Shown here one piece after another: positions 52,307-62,303 of a DNA stretch of 64,000 bases. The translations under genes were made by a program, and so were the position numbers. This DNA comes from an uncultured Phycisphaerales bacterium. Its GTDB lineage: Bacteria > Planctomycetota > Phycisphaerae > Tepidisphaerales > Tepidisphaeraceae. The notes beneath the pieces were generated by a model. It saw only the letters and a list, made by a program, of their open reading frames with translations. It had not been told where the DNA came from and did not search any database. Location: NCBI GenBank assembly GCA_963755915.1, contig CAVWLP010000002.1, positions 736,001-800,000 of the forward strand, written 5' to 3'. Each line of letters begins with the position of its first letter. Positions within the stretch are counted from its first letter, which is position 1.

Positions 52307-53341
52307 ATGCCTGCCACGGCTGAAATTTTCCTGCCGTCCTCCGTCAATAGGGTGGAAGACGATATGACCCTCGCGGCAAAAGCAACCATCGCGGATCCCA
52401 CGGCAGGCAATGAGCAGGCGGTCGATGACTTCACATTGTTGCGGCGATTTGCCGGGTTTGGCGACGCCGATGCCTTTGCGCAGATTGTGCGGCGGTATTC
52501 GGGGTTCGTTTATGCGACGTGCCTTCGCGTTATAGGAGACGGGTCGCGGGCGGAGGACCTCTCTCAGGAAACTTTTTTCCGCCTGATGCGCCGGCCGCAC
52601 GAGGTTCGACAGAACCTTGGCGGCTGGCTGCATCGTACGGCGACGCACTTGGCGCTGGATACGCTGCGGAGCGAAACCTCGCGCCGCAAACGCGAAATTA
52701 CCTACACCACCGAATGCGATCACGAAGCGTCGACGTGGGCGGAGCTTTCGCCGTGCGTCGACCAGGCGCTGGCGGAGATGCCCGAGGAATCGCGCATGCT
52801 GCTGGTCAACCATTTTCTGCTGGGCAAATCGCAGGCGCAGCTTGCGGCGGAGTCGAATCAATCGCCGTCGACGATTTCGCGCCGGATGCACCAGGCGCTG
52901 GGAGAGCTTCGCAGCCACCTGCGGCTGAAGGGCGTTTTCGCATTGCCGGCGGCGCTGGCGGGATTGCTGTGCCATATCACGGCAAGACAGGCGCCGGCGA
53001 GTTTGGTGCAGGAGCTGGGGAAGATGACGATGCTCAGCGGGGCGACGGCGGCGTCGCGGGCGGCACAGTTTGGGTCGTCGAATCCGTGGCGGAATCCGCC
53101 CAAGCCGCAGATTTCGCTGATGCAGGCGGTGTCGCCGCTGGTGCTGGCGTTTGCGGCGATGGTGGCGATGCTGACGCTGCTGCATCTGGCGGGCGCGTGG
53201 TTTTCCGCGCGGCCGCCGGTGGATCCCGATAACGCGCCGCACCTGAAAACGACGCACGCCAGCGCGATGATCGTGCCGGGGGCGGCGAGCTTTGGGCAGG
53301 TTTCCGCCTTCGTCTGGGGGCACGAGGCAACCTCACCATGA
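52307..53341 (+). CDS. ECF sigma factor with C-terminal extension and TM helix
   Basis: AFAQIVRRY, AEDLSQETF, GWLHR, STISRR; AAGGAGG RBS. Confidence 0.85.
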   Translation: MPATAEIFLPSSVNRVEDDMTLAAKATIADPTAGNEQAVDDFTLLRRFAGFGDADAFAQIVRRYSGFVYATCLRVIGDGSRAEDLSQETFFRLMRRPHEVRQNLGGWLHRTATHLALDTLRSETSRRKREITYTTECDHEASTWAELSPCVDQALAEMPEESRMLLVNHFLLGKSQAQLAAESNQSPSTISRRMHQALGELRSHLRLKGVFALPAALAGLLCHITARQAPASLVQELGKMTMLSGATAASRAAQFGSSNPWRNPPKPQISLMQAVSPLVLAFAAMVAMLTLLHLAGAWFSARPPVDPDNAPHLKTTHASAMIVPGAASFGQVSAFVWGHEATSP

Positions 53342-54609
53342 CCCAGCGACAGGATCGTCGCGAGTCATTTACCTACCGTGCCCAGGGGCCGGACGGGCAG
53401 GAAATATCCGGGACAGTCAACGCGATTAACCAGGAAGATGCCCTGCGCCGGCTGCAGGGGCTGAATCTTGAGAAGATTGAGCTGGGCGAAGAGGCGGCGC
53501 TGGGGATGGCGCACTGGGCGGCGCCGCTGAACGGGGAAGATTTTCGGGTTTTCAACCAGCAACTTGCGCAGCTAACCGGGGCGGGGCTACCTGTGGAGCA
53601 GGGGCTTCGGCTGCTGGCGGCGGAAATGCGCAAGGGGTCGATGCAGCGGACGCTTGAGACGGTCGCGCAGGAACTGGAAGGGGGAAAGTCGCTGCCGCAG
53701 GCGGTTGCCGCCCATCGCGATCAGTTTCCGCCGCTGTATGGGGAATTGATCGACGCGGGCATTCGCGCGGGGAATTTGTCGGGAATTTTGCTGAACCTGG
53801 GAAATCATCTGACGCTGGTTCGGCGGCTGCAGGCGATTCTCTGGCAGACGCTGACCTATCCGCTGATCATCGTACTGGGATTTCTGGGGGTGCTTTATTT
53901 CATGATGGTTGACCTGGTGCCGAAATGGAAGCCGCTGATGGCCGGTTTTTCGGGCGCGACGTTCTGGATGCCGGTGAGGGGAAATTTCGGTTCCTATCAG
54001 GACTTCGAAATCCCCGCTTATACGAAGGTTGTTTTCGCGCTTTCGGATTTGGTATCGGCATGGCCGACGAAGTTAATCCTGGCGGCGATCCTGGGGCTGG
54101 CGGTAATCGCCATCATCTTTATGGGTCAGGCGCGGCGGCGCGAATCGTGGGCGGAGGGGGTGCTGCTGCACCTGCCGGTGGTGGGCGGGGTGCTGCGGCA
54201 GAACCTGATATCGCGCTGGTGCCACGCGGTGGCGCTGGGCGTGGAGGCGGCGCTGGACCTGCCGGCGGCGATTCGGCTGGCGGACGACGCGACCGATTCG
54301 CGGCCGCTGCGCCGGGACGGGGCGGCGATGATCGCGTCGCTGAGCGCGGGGCAGCCGATCGGAGCGGTGCATGGCGGGCAGATTCTCCCGGCGACCGTGA
54401 TCGCGGCGATGGAGGCCTCATCGGAGCGCGGCGACCTGGCGATCACGCTTCGGGCACTATCGCAGATGTATCAGCAGCAGGCGGAAATACGACTGGGCGC
54501 GGTGCAGGCGGTGCTGACGCCGGCGGTTTTGATTCTGATCGGACTGATCGTCGGCGCGCTGATGGTGGCGCTGTTTGCGCCGCTGCTATCGCTGCTGAAC
54601 ATGTTTTGA
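53338..54609 (+). CDS. GspF/PilC-family platform protein
   Basis: FTYRA, AGLPVEQGL, FPPLY, TYP, LFAPL. Confidence 0.88.
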   Translation: MTQRQDRRESFTYRAQGPDGQEISGTVNAINQEDALRRLQGLNLEKIELGEEAALGMAHWAAPLNGEDFRVFNQQLAQLTGAGLPVEQGLRLLAAEMRKGSMQRTLETVAQELEGGKSLPQAVAAHRDQFPPLYGELIDAGIRAGNLSGILLNLGNHLTLVRRLQAILWQTLTYPLIIVLGFLGVLYFMMVDLVPKWKPLMAGFSGATFWMPVRGNFGSYQDFEIPAYTKVVFALSDLVSAWPTKLILAAILGLAVIAIIFMGQARRRESWAEGVLLHLPVVGGVLRQNLISRWCHAVALGVEAALDLPAAIRLADDATDSRPLRRDGAAMIASLSAGQPIGAVHGGQILPATVIAAMEASSERGDLAITLRALSQMYQQQAEIRLGAVQAVLTPAVLILIGLIVGALMVALFAPLLSLLNMF

Positions 54610-54616
54610 GATTTAA

Positions 54617-56076
54617 ATGATGCCTGGCGACTTTGGAAAACTTCGCCCTTCCGCCGCGGCGTGGCCGGTGGCGTTTGCCGTGCTGACCGACCTGGGGCTG
54701 ATCGGGGTGATTGTTTCGGAGATTTTTCTGCTTCAACAGGCGGCGGTCTTTTGCGGACTGGCGGCGATTGTTTTCGCGGCGGCGTTCATGCTTTTTACCT
54801 ACCGCCTGATCCGCCAGGCGCCCGGCGCGAGGGGCTGTATCTCATCGGGCGGGCGGCGTGGCTGGTGGGCTCGACAATGTTCTGGTCGGTCGCCGCGGGA
54901 CTGACGATGCTGGCGATCGGATTTGGCGCCGCGATGGTCATGCCGGGAAGTCTGCCGGTTTTCGTTTACGCGATGGCGTTTCTCTCGCTGCTGCTCGGAA
55001 CGTGGGCGATCGCGCAGCGAACCGTGCGGCGGCGCAGGATGCTGCTGATCCTGGGGAACCTGGAAAAATCCGTCCGGCTGAATCTGCCTTTGCCGCGGAT
55101 GATTCTGGCGGCGGCGGAAAGCGAAAAGGGCGTGATGCGGCGGCGACTTTTTTCGCTGGCGGATGAGCTGCATCATGGGGAGTCGATCGATCAGGCCCTG
55201 ATCCGCGCGGTTCCGGAAGTGCCGCTCAACGTGGCCCGGACGGTTGCGACCGGTTTGCGGCTTGGGTGTCTGCAGCACGTGCTGGAGGAGATCATCCGCC
55301 GGCGGTACGACGATGACGACTACCGTCCGCGGGCGGGATTTTACTGGGTTTATCCGGTGATTATTTTCATCGTGATCGCGATCCTGATGATCTTCGTGAT
55401 GCCGAAATATCAGGGAATTTACCGCGATTTTCGCCTGGAGCTGCCGCCGGTGACGAGCCGTCTGATCGAGCTTTCCGCGAACGCGACGAGCGTCGGGGCG
55501 ATTTTGCTGTTGATTGCGCTGATTCCCGTAGGCCGGGCGATCGCGTCGCTCTTTCCGTCGTTTCGCGAGGCGGCGCCGTTTGACGGAATTTTCTGGGACC
55601 AGCTTGTGTGGTGGACGCCAGTGGCCGGCGGGTATGTCCGCGACCGCGGTATGGCGGAGCTGTGCGACATTCTCTCGGCCGGTGTGCGGGCGGGGCATCC
55701 GATCACCGATGCGCTGGCGGAAGCGGCGGAGGTGCAGCCGAATTATGTTCTGCGCTACCGGGCCAGCGCCTGGTCGGATGCCGTGGCCCGCGGGCAGAGC
55801 CTTTGCGACGGGGCGCGCTATGCGCGAATGCCGCGGCTTTTTATCGCGATGATGGCGACGGTGCGCGGATCGGAATCGCTGCTGGAGGTGCTGGGATTTT
55901 TGCGGCGGCATTATGAATACCGCTTCAGCCGGGCGCGGGCGGTAATTCAATCGGCGTTTGTGCCGGTGGTCGTCGTGACCCTCGGCTCGGCGGTGGCGCT
56001 GGTGGGCGTGAGCATGATGCAGCCGATCGCGCGGCTCTGCGATTTTCTGTCGACGCATTATCAGGGAGGGTTTTAA
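54617..56076 (+). CDS. Second GspF/PilC-like protein with extra N-terminal TM helices (frameshift near 54830)
   Basis: NLPLP, YP..FVMPKYQGIYRDF.LELPPVT, AGHPI. Confidence 0.8.
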
Positions 56077-56078
56077 GT

Positions 56079-56414
56079 ATGCCGCAGATGCAACGATGCC
56101 GGCGCGGCTGGGTGTTTCTCGACGTTTTGTCGGGGCTGGTGATCGTGGCGATTCTCGCTGGAACATTGGGCGCCGCGGTGGCGGCACGCGAGCGGGCGCT
56201 GCATCACCTGGCGGACATCCGCGCGGCACAGCGGCTGGCGGAATCGGCGCTGATCTGCCTCCAATCCGGCGAGGTCGCCCCAGCAGAAGGCGTCGCGGTC
56301 CGCGATCTGGCGGACGCGCCGGCAAACCCGCAAAACAAATGGGTGGAGGTAACCGCAACAGTTAACGGGCGTCAGGCGCAAATTGTCGGACTTGTGCCGA
56401 AGGGGTCGTCATGA
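56079..56414 (+). CDS. Minor pseudopilin (GspI-like)
   Basis: RRG/WVFLDVL class III-like signal. Confidence 0.65.
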   Translation: MPQMQRCRRGWVFLDVLSGLVIVAILAGTLGAAVAARERALHHLADIRAAQRLAESALICLQSGEVAPAEGVAVRDLADAPANPQNKWVEVTATVNGRQAQIVGLVPKGSS

Positions 56415-56845
56415 ATTCACGGCAAAGACATCGCGGCTTCACGCTCATCGAGGTGCTCGCGACCCTGGTGCTTTTGGTTATTTTCTTCGACGCCGCCGGG
56501 AAGCTTTTTCGATCCACCATCCTCACCGGCGCGGCGTGCCAGCAGATCAGCAACGAATCGGCACGCACGGATTCGGCGATGTACCAGCTTCGCGGCGATG
56601 TCTGGAACGCGCGGCGACTGGATTCGCCCAAGCCGGGAACGATCGGCATCACATCTTCGGACGGCCAAAGTATTACCTGGCGATTTGACGGCGAGGGCGC
56701 CATGCGCACGGCGGCGGGCGCCGCGGAACATTGGCCGGATACTTGCCGGAACTGCAGCGTGAGCGCCGGCGGGCGGTGGGTTGAGATTGCCGATGCCAGC
56801 GGGTCAGTGCGCTTAACAGGCCCCATACTTTTGAGGGAGCCATGA
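56411..56845 (+). CDS. Prepilin-type protein (GspJ-like)
   Basis: RHRG/FTLIEVL. Confidence 0.8.
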   Translation: MNSRQRHRGFTLIEVLATLVLLVIFFDAAGKLFRSTILTGAACQQISNESARTDSAMYQLRGDVWNARRLDSPKPGTIGITSSDGQSITWRFDGEGAMRTAAGAAEHWPDTCRNCSVSAGGRWVEIADASGSVRLTGPILLREP

Positions 56846-57213
56846 GACGATCACCGCGCCGTCGCGGCTTGGCGATGCTGACCGCAATTGTCCTGATTGG
56901 TCTTACCGCGATGACGGTCACGGAGATCGGGCTCACGGTCGCCGCCGATGCCCGGCGGACAAGCCAGTCGGCGCAGGACACCCAATTGCGGCAACTGCTG
57001 CTGGCCGCGGATGAATTTGTCCTCCAACATCCAACAGCGGGGCATTATCAGATGCCGGTTCCGGCACAGGTTCCCGCGAGCGTGACGATTGAAGTTCATG
57101 CGGATCACAGCGCCGATCTGGAAGCAAAATTGCCCGATCGCCGGCTGTCTGAGCATCTCTCTCTCACCCAAATGAGTAATACCTGGCAGATTTCGCAGGC
57201 CACGCTCAACTGA
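56842..57213 (+). CDS. Minor pseudopilin (GspK/PilX-like)
   Basis: RRRG/LAMLTAIVL, lacks Glu5. Confidence 0.6.
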   Translation: MRRSPRRRGLAMLTAIVLIGLTAMTVTEIGLTVAADARRTSQSAQDTQLRQLLLAADEFVLQHPTAGHYQMPVPAQVPASVTIEVHADHSADLEAKLPDRRLSEHLSLTQMSNTWQISQATLN

Positions 57214-57265
57214 ATTTCTTATTCGCGTGCATCTGATTTATATCTGTGGCAAAATAGCCCTCCCG

Positions 57266-58736
57266 ATGCGCCGCAAGCTCTATCTCGAAACCTTCGGATG
57301 CCAGATGAACGTGCTGGACAGCCAGCTCGTGCTCGGGCAGCTTCGTGCGCAGGGATATGAATCGGTCGAAGACCGCGAATCTGCCGACGTGATTCTCTTC
57401 AACACCTGCTCGGTCCGCGAGCATGCCGAGCAAAAAGTCTGGTCGCGGCTTGGGGAGCTTCGCGATCACAAATCGCAAAATCCGGAGCTCATCATCGGCG
57501 TCATCGGGTGCATGGCGGAGCGCGATGGGAAAAGTATTTTCCGCAAGTTTCCTCACGTCGACATTCTTTGCGGGCCGGGAGAGCTGGATCGGCTGCCGGG
57601 CATGGTTCACAACGCCGCTGCGACGGGGCGGGAGCGGCAGGTGGCGCTGATGGGGGCGAACGTCCGCCGATCAAGCACGCTGCAGCAGGCGGAGGATCAC
57701 CTGGAGATGCTCGATCTGTCGCGGACGATTTCGCCGGCGGATGATGTTTCGCAGTCGTATGTGCGGATCACGCGGGGATGCAACAAATTCTGCACGTATT
57801 GCGTCGTGCCTTACACACGCGGGCCCGAGGTGCATCGGCCGCCAACGAACATCATCGAGGAAGTGAAAAAGCTGGTGGCCGCCGGGGCGAGCGAAGTGAC
57901 GCTGCTGGGGCAGACGATCAACCACTACAACTTTCGCCACGACGACGGCCGGACGACGACCTTCGCCCAGCTTCTTTTTGAGATTCACGAAGCCAATCCC
58001 GATCTGCCGCGGCTGCGGTTCGTGACCAGCTTCCCGCGCGATTTTTCGGATGAGGCCCTGCAGGCCATGCGCGATTGCCCGCGGATTTGCCGGTATCTGC
58101 ACGTGCCGGCTCAGCATGGCTCGGATCGGATTTTGAAGCTGATGAACCGGGGGTACATGTCGGGCGAATATCGCGATTTCATCGCGGGCCCGCGCGTATA
58201 TGCCTGATGTCTGCATCGCCAGCGATTTCATCGTGGGGTTCCCGACCGAAACCGAGGAGGATTTCGATCTGACGGCCGATCTGCTTCGCGAATGCCGGTT
58301 CAAGAACAGCTTCATTTTCAAATATTCGCCGCGGCCGGGGACGGTGGCCATCGAGCGGTTTGAAGATGATGTTCCCGATGACGCCAAGCGCCGGCGTAAC
58401 AACCAGCTTTTGGCGATTCAGCAGGAGGTATCGGCGGAGCTGAATCGGCAGATGATCGGACGGCGGGTCGAGGTGATGGTCGAGGGGCAGAGCAAATTGA
58501 TCAGCCGGCGGGAATCCAATGTTGAGGTGGGATGGGAGAAACGCGCGGAGAACGCCGATTGTCAGATGGTCGGGCGAACGCGCGGCGATCAGGTGGTGGT
58601 TTTTTCCGGGAACGCAAACCAGAAGGGCAGCCTGATCGACGTCGAAATCGTCGACGCCCAGAGCCTGACGCTATTCGGAAGAATCTCCGCAGCTTCACCA
58701 ATTTCGGCGGAATCCGCGGCGATTGCGGTACCTTAG
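57266..58736 (+). CDS. miaB: tRNA-2-methylthio-N6-dimethylallyladenosine synthase (frameshift near 58190)
   Basis: TFGCQMN, NTCSVR, CNKFCTYC radical SAM motif, GFPTET, TRAM domain. Confidence 0.93.
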
Positions 58737-58823
58737 AGCCTTAGCCGGCGACCACTGGCCTGCTTCAATCCGCGACTGCGGCTGCGCCAATCCGCGTCGC
58801 TATTCGAGATGGCGACGGTATAC

Positions 58824-58904
58824 TCCCGCTGGCGGTTGCATATTTATACCGCCTGTCAGGTTAAGCACTTCTTAGCCCGAACTGGAAGTGATCGCCTGGC
58901 GGGA
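58824..58904. ncRNA. Candidate structured RNA (three-way junction)
   Basis: Stems TCCCGC/GCGGGA, GGCGGT/ACCGCC, CAGGT/GCCTG with inner CACTTC/GAAGTG. Confidence 0.3.
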
Positions 58905-58924
58905 TGGGCTGAAGCGCTAATGAT

Positions 58925-59413
58925 TCACAGCCACCTGCGAACGTGCCGGCAGTAGTCGCGATAGGGCTCCCCGAACTTCGATTCGAGGTAGCGCTCTTCG
59001 CGAAGTGTGATGCCGTAGTGATTGACGATCAGCAGGATCGGAAAAAGAAACATTGGCCAGAGGCTGTTGATCTGAAACGCCAGCCCCAGGTAGAGCAGGA
59101 CGAGCGAGACGCTGAGGGGATTGCGCGAAAAGCGAAACGGGCCGGAGGTGACCAGGGCTGAGACCGGGCGAAGCGGATTGATGCGCGTGCCGGCGGAGTG
59201 CATGGTCGCCGACGCCCAGAGCGCCAGCGGCCAACTGGTGTTAAGAAGAATTGCGCGGGGCCAGAACGTATTGCGCCATGAAATCGGAATCGGCAGCGGG
59301 TGCAGGAGTTGCAGCAGGAATCCCGCGCCGAAAAAGATCGCAAAAAGCAGGGGTGGCGGCGCGATCACGCCGGGCGTATCGGAGCTTGAATCTGGGGCTG
59401 TGGGGGCCGACAT
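58925..59413 (-). CDS. Isoprenylcysteine carboxylmethyltransferase family protein
   Basis: LVTSGPFRFSRNP, EERYLESKFGEPYRDY..VRRWL. Confidence 0.88.
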   Translation of the reverse strand: MSAPTAPDSSSDTPGVIAPPPLLFAIFFGAGFLLQLLHPLPIPISWRNTFWPRAILLNTSWPLALWASATMHSAGTRINPLRPVSALVTSGPFRFSRNPLSVSLVLLYLGLAFQINSLWPMFLFPILLIVNHYGITLREERYLESKFGEPYRDYCRHVRRWL

Positions 59414-59489
59414 CTGCGAGAAAGTCCTACCATAGCCGCAGACCGAGGCGGCGGGCAAGCGTGGAAATCGGTTTGTCTTGCATTGCCGC

Positions 59490-59513
59490 CGTTATGTCGG
59501 GATATATATATCG
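59490..59513. promoter_or_regulatory. ModE-type operator
   Basis: CGTTATGT-N8-ATATATCG, 1 nt before modA ATG. Confidence 0.75.
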
Positions 59514-59514
59514 C

Positions 59515-60303
59515 ATGAGATTTCTGGTTTACCTCGCGGTGGCATTGGGACTGGCGGCGCCAGCGGGGGCGGGCACGACGGTGACGGTTTTCGCGGCGGC
59601 GTCGCTGACCGAATCGATGCGCGACATTGCCGCCCAATTCGAGTCGGGCAATCCGGGCGTGACGGTCGAATTCAACTTCGCGGGATCGCAGGATCTTGTG
59701 GCCGAGATGGAAAACGGTGCTGCCGCCGATCTGTTCGCCTCGGCGAACGAAACGCAGATGGACAAGGCGGCGAAAGAGGGGCTGGTGAACCCCGCAACAA
59801 TTCACGATTTCGCGGGCAATCACCTGGTAGTCGTCGTGCCGAAGGACAATCCGGCGAAGATCGGGCAGATTGGAGATCTCGCGAAGTCCGGCGTGAAGGT
59901 CGTCGTCGCCGACAAGGCGGTGCCCGTCGGCAAATACACGCAGCAGATGCTGGACCAGATGAGCAAGGACCCCGGCTATGGGCCGGACTTTGAAAAAGGG
60001 TTTCTGGCCAACGTCGTTTCGCGCGAGGAGAACGTGAAGTCGGTGCTGAGCAAGGTTCGGCTTGGGGAAGCCGACGCGGGGGTGGTGTATGAAACGGATG
60101 TGACGAAGGAAGCGGAGCAGGACGTGCAGCGCGTGGAGGTTCCGGAGAAATTCAATCAACTGGCGAGCTATCCGATCGCGGTGGCAGCGAAATCGGCGCA
60201 GGCGGAGGCGGCGCAGAAGTTCGAGGATTTTGTGATGTCGGACGCCGGGCAGAAGATTCTGCACGATTACGGATTTCTGCCGCCGGCGGCGAGCAAGCCG
60301 TGA
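59515..60303 (+). CDS. modA: Molybdate ABC substrate-binding protein
   Basis: VFAAASL, NFAGS, ADLFASA, VPVGKY, DAGVVY. Confidence 0.93.
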   Translation: MRFLVYLAVALGLAAPAGAGTTVTVFAAASLTESMRDIAAQFESGNPGVTVEFNFAGSQDLVAEMENGAAADLFASANETQMDKAAKEGLVNPATIHDFAGNHLVVVVPKDNPAKIGQIGDLAKSGVKVVVADKAVPVGKYTQQMLDQMSKDPGYGPDFEKGFLANVVSREENVKSVLSKVRLGEADAGVVYETDVTKEAEQDVQRVEVPEKFNQLASYPIAVAAKSAQAEAAQKFEDFVMSDAGQKILHDYGFLPPAASKP

Positions 60304-61097
60304 TGTCCGGGAATCGGATCAATCCCCCCCACCGTTCGCGGTGGCTGCTGGTGCTGCTGTCGGTGCCGCTGCTGGGGTTGCTCGTGGTTCCGCCGGTGGT
60401 GCTGATCGCGCGGACGTCGCCGGGGATGCTGGGGAAATATCTGGGGAGCCAGGCGGTTGCGCAGGCGATGGTGCTGAGCCTGTGGACGAGCGCGACGAGT
60501 TTGCTGGTGGTGGTTATTTTTGGGACGCCGCTGGCGTATTTGCTGGGGCGGGGGAAATTCAGGGGGCGGGGGTTGCTGGAGGTGCTGATCGAGTGGCCAA
60601 TTGTCTTGCCGCCCGCGGCGGCGGGGATCGCGCTGCTGATGACGCTGGGGAGACGCGGGGTTGTGGGCCAGTGGCTGGAAAAGGCGGGGGTTTCGATTCC
60701 GTTTACGCCGGTGGCGGTGATTTTGGCGCAGACGTTTGTGGCGGCGCCGTATTTTATCAAGGCGGCGTCGGTGGGGTTGTCGAATATCAGTCAAGACATT
60801 CTCAATTCGGCGGCGCTGGATGGGGCTTCGGCGTGGCAGAGGTTTCTGGAGATCTCGGCGCCGCTGGCGATACGCAGCCTGATCGTGGGGGCGGCGCTGA
60901 CCTGGTCGCGGGCGCTGGGGGAGTTTGGGGCGACGATTATTTTTGCGGGGAATTTGCAGGGGAAGACGCAGACGATGCCGCTGGCGGTTTATATGGGGTT
61001 TGAGATTGATATCGGACAGGCCGTTGCGCTGGCGGCGGTGCTGCTGGGAATTTCGTTTTTGCTTCTGGTGGGGATACGGATGGCGTGGAAACAATAA
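60303..61097 (+). CDS. modB: Molybdate ABC permease
   Basis: PIVLPP, RALGEFGAT, TQTMPLAVY. Confidence 0.92.
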   Translation: MSGNRINPPHRSRWLLVLLSVPLLGLLVVPPVVLIARTSPGMLGKYLGSQAVAQAMVLSLWTSATSLLVVVIFGTPLAYLLGRGKFRGRGLLEVLIEWPIVLPPAAAGIALLMTLGRRGVVGQWLEKAGVSIPFTPVAVILAQTFVAAPYFIKAASVGLSNISQDILNSAALDGASAWQRFLEISAPLAIRSLIVGAALTWSRALGEFGATIIFAGNLQGKTQTMPLAVYMGFEIDIGQAVALAAVLLGISFLLLVGIRMAWKQ

Positions 61098-61160
61098 GCG
61101 ATGAGCGCTCCCCTGCAAGAGCTCGCGCTACGCTTTGGGGGTCGCGGCTAAACAATTCGA

Positions 61161-61901
61161 TTAGTGCCCGTATTGTTTGCGGGCGGCGGAGTAGGCGTCG
61201 GCGACGGCGGGCCAGTTGACGACGTTCCACCAGGCTTTGACGTAGTCGGCGCGGACGTTGTGATATTTCAAGTAATACGCGTGTTCCCAGACGTCGAGGA
61301 CCAGGATGGGGATCGACCAGGGGACTTGCTGGAGGTCGTGCTGCTTGACCTGGAGGACGATGAGGCGATCGCCGACGGGTTCGTAGGCGAGGATGGCCCA
61401 GCCGCTGCCTTTGACGCCGGCGGCGACGGCGGCGAAGCGGGCGCGGAAGGCTTCGAGGGAGCCGAAATCGTTTTTAAGGGCGTCGGCAAGATCGCCTTGC
61501 GGGTCGCCACCCGCGCCGGGGCCCATGATCGTCCAGAAGAGGGTGTGGAGAAAATGCCCGCCGGCGTTGAAGCTGAGGTCTTCCTGCAGTCCGGAAAGGA
61601 GGGCGGGCGTTTTGGTGGCTTCTTCTTCGGTTAGAGATTTCAAGGCCTTGTTTAGGCCGGTGACATAGGCCTGGTGATGCTTGTCGTGATGGAGGTGCAT
61701 CGTGTCTTCGTCGATGTGGGGTTCGAGGGCGTTGTAGGCGTAGGGAAGGGGCGGGAGGACATATTCGCCGTTGGCGAAGCCGATGGAGAGGACGGGGGGA
61801 GTTTGGGTTTGGGCGCCGGCGACATCGGCGAGTAGGCCGGCCATCGCAATGGCGGGAAGGGAGCGGAGGACAATGTCGCGGCGGGTGAGGGGATTGGACA
61901 T
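61161..61901 (-). CDS. sod: Fe/Mn superoxide dismutase with Tat signal
   Basis: LHHDKHH, GGHFLH, GSGW, DVWEHAYY; TRRDIV leader. Confidence 0.93.
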   Translation of the reverse strand: MSNPLTRRDIVLRSLPAIAMAGLLADVAGAQTQTPPVLSIGFANGEYVLPPLPYAYNALEPHIDEDTMHLHHDKHHQAYVTGLNKALKSLTEEEATKTPALLSGLQEDLSFNAGGHFLHTLFWTIMGPGAGGDPQGDLADALKNDFGSLEAFRARFAAVAAGVKGSGWAILAYEPVGDRLIVLQVKQHDLQQVPWSIPILVLDVWEHAYYLKYHNVRADYVKAWWNVVNWPAVADAYSAARKQYGH

Positions 61902-62303
61902 GGGGGGCTCCCTGGTAAGAAAGCGTGATCTTCAACGGCGGAGCCGCTTTTGGCAATGGATAATGCGGGGGGCGGGTGCGGTTTTCTCACATTTACCCAT
62001 TTTTCCCCACTTTTGGGAAAAGGAGCGCGGGGGTGGCGGTTTTAGAGGGCTTTGCATCTGACGCCTCAGGATTTCCCAAAATTTCCCAAGTATGAGGCAA
62101 GTCGACAGGTCTTTGTAGGAGCATGTGATGGGAAACAGCGGGCTTCTATATATAGGTCAAAAGGGTGTACGTTTTGTACCTATTTTTGAAAAATCGGCGG
62201 ATTTTTTCCTGCGGGATTGATCAGAACGCAAAGAATTTGATAGAGGGGCAAACGATGGAGTCGGCGAGCAAGCTCGGCGAGCCGACGTTAATATGTTTGG
62301 AGC

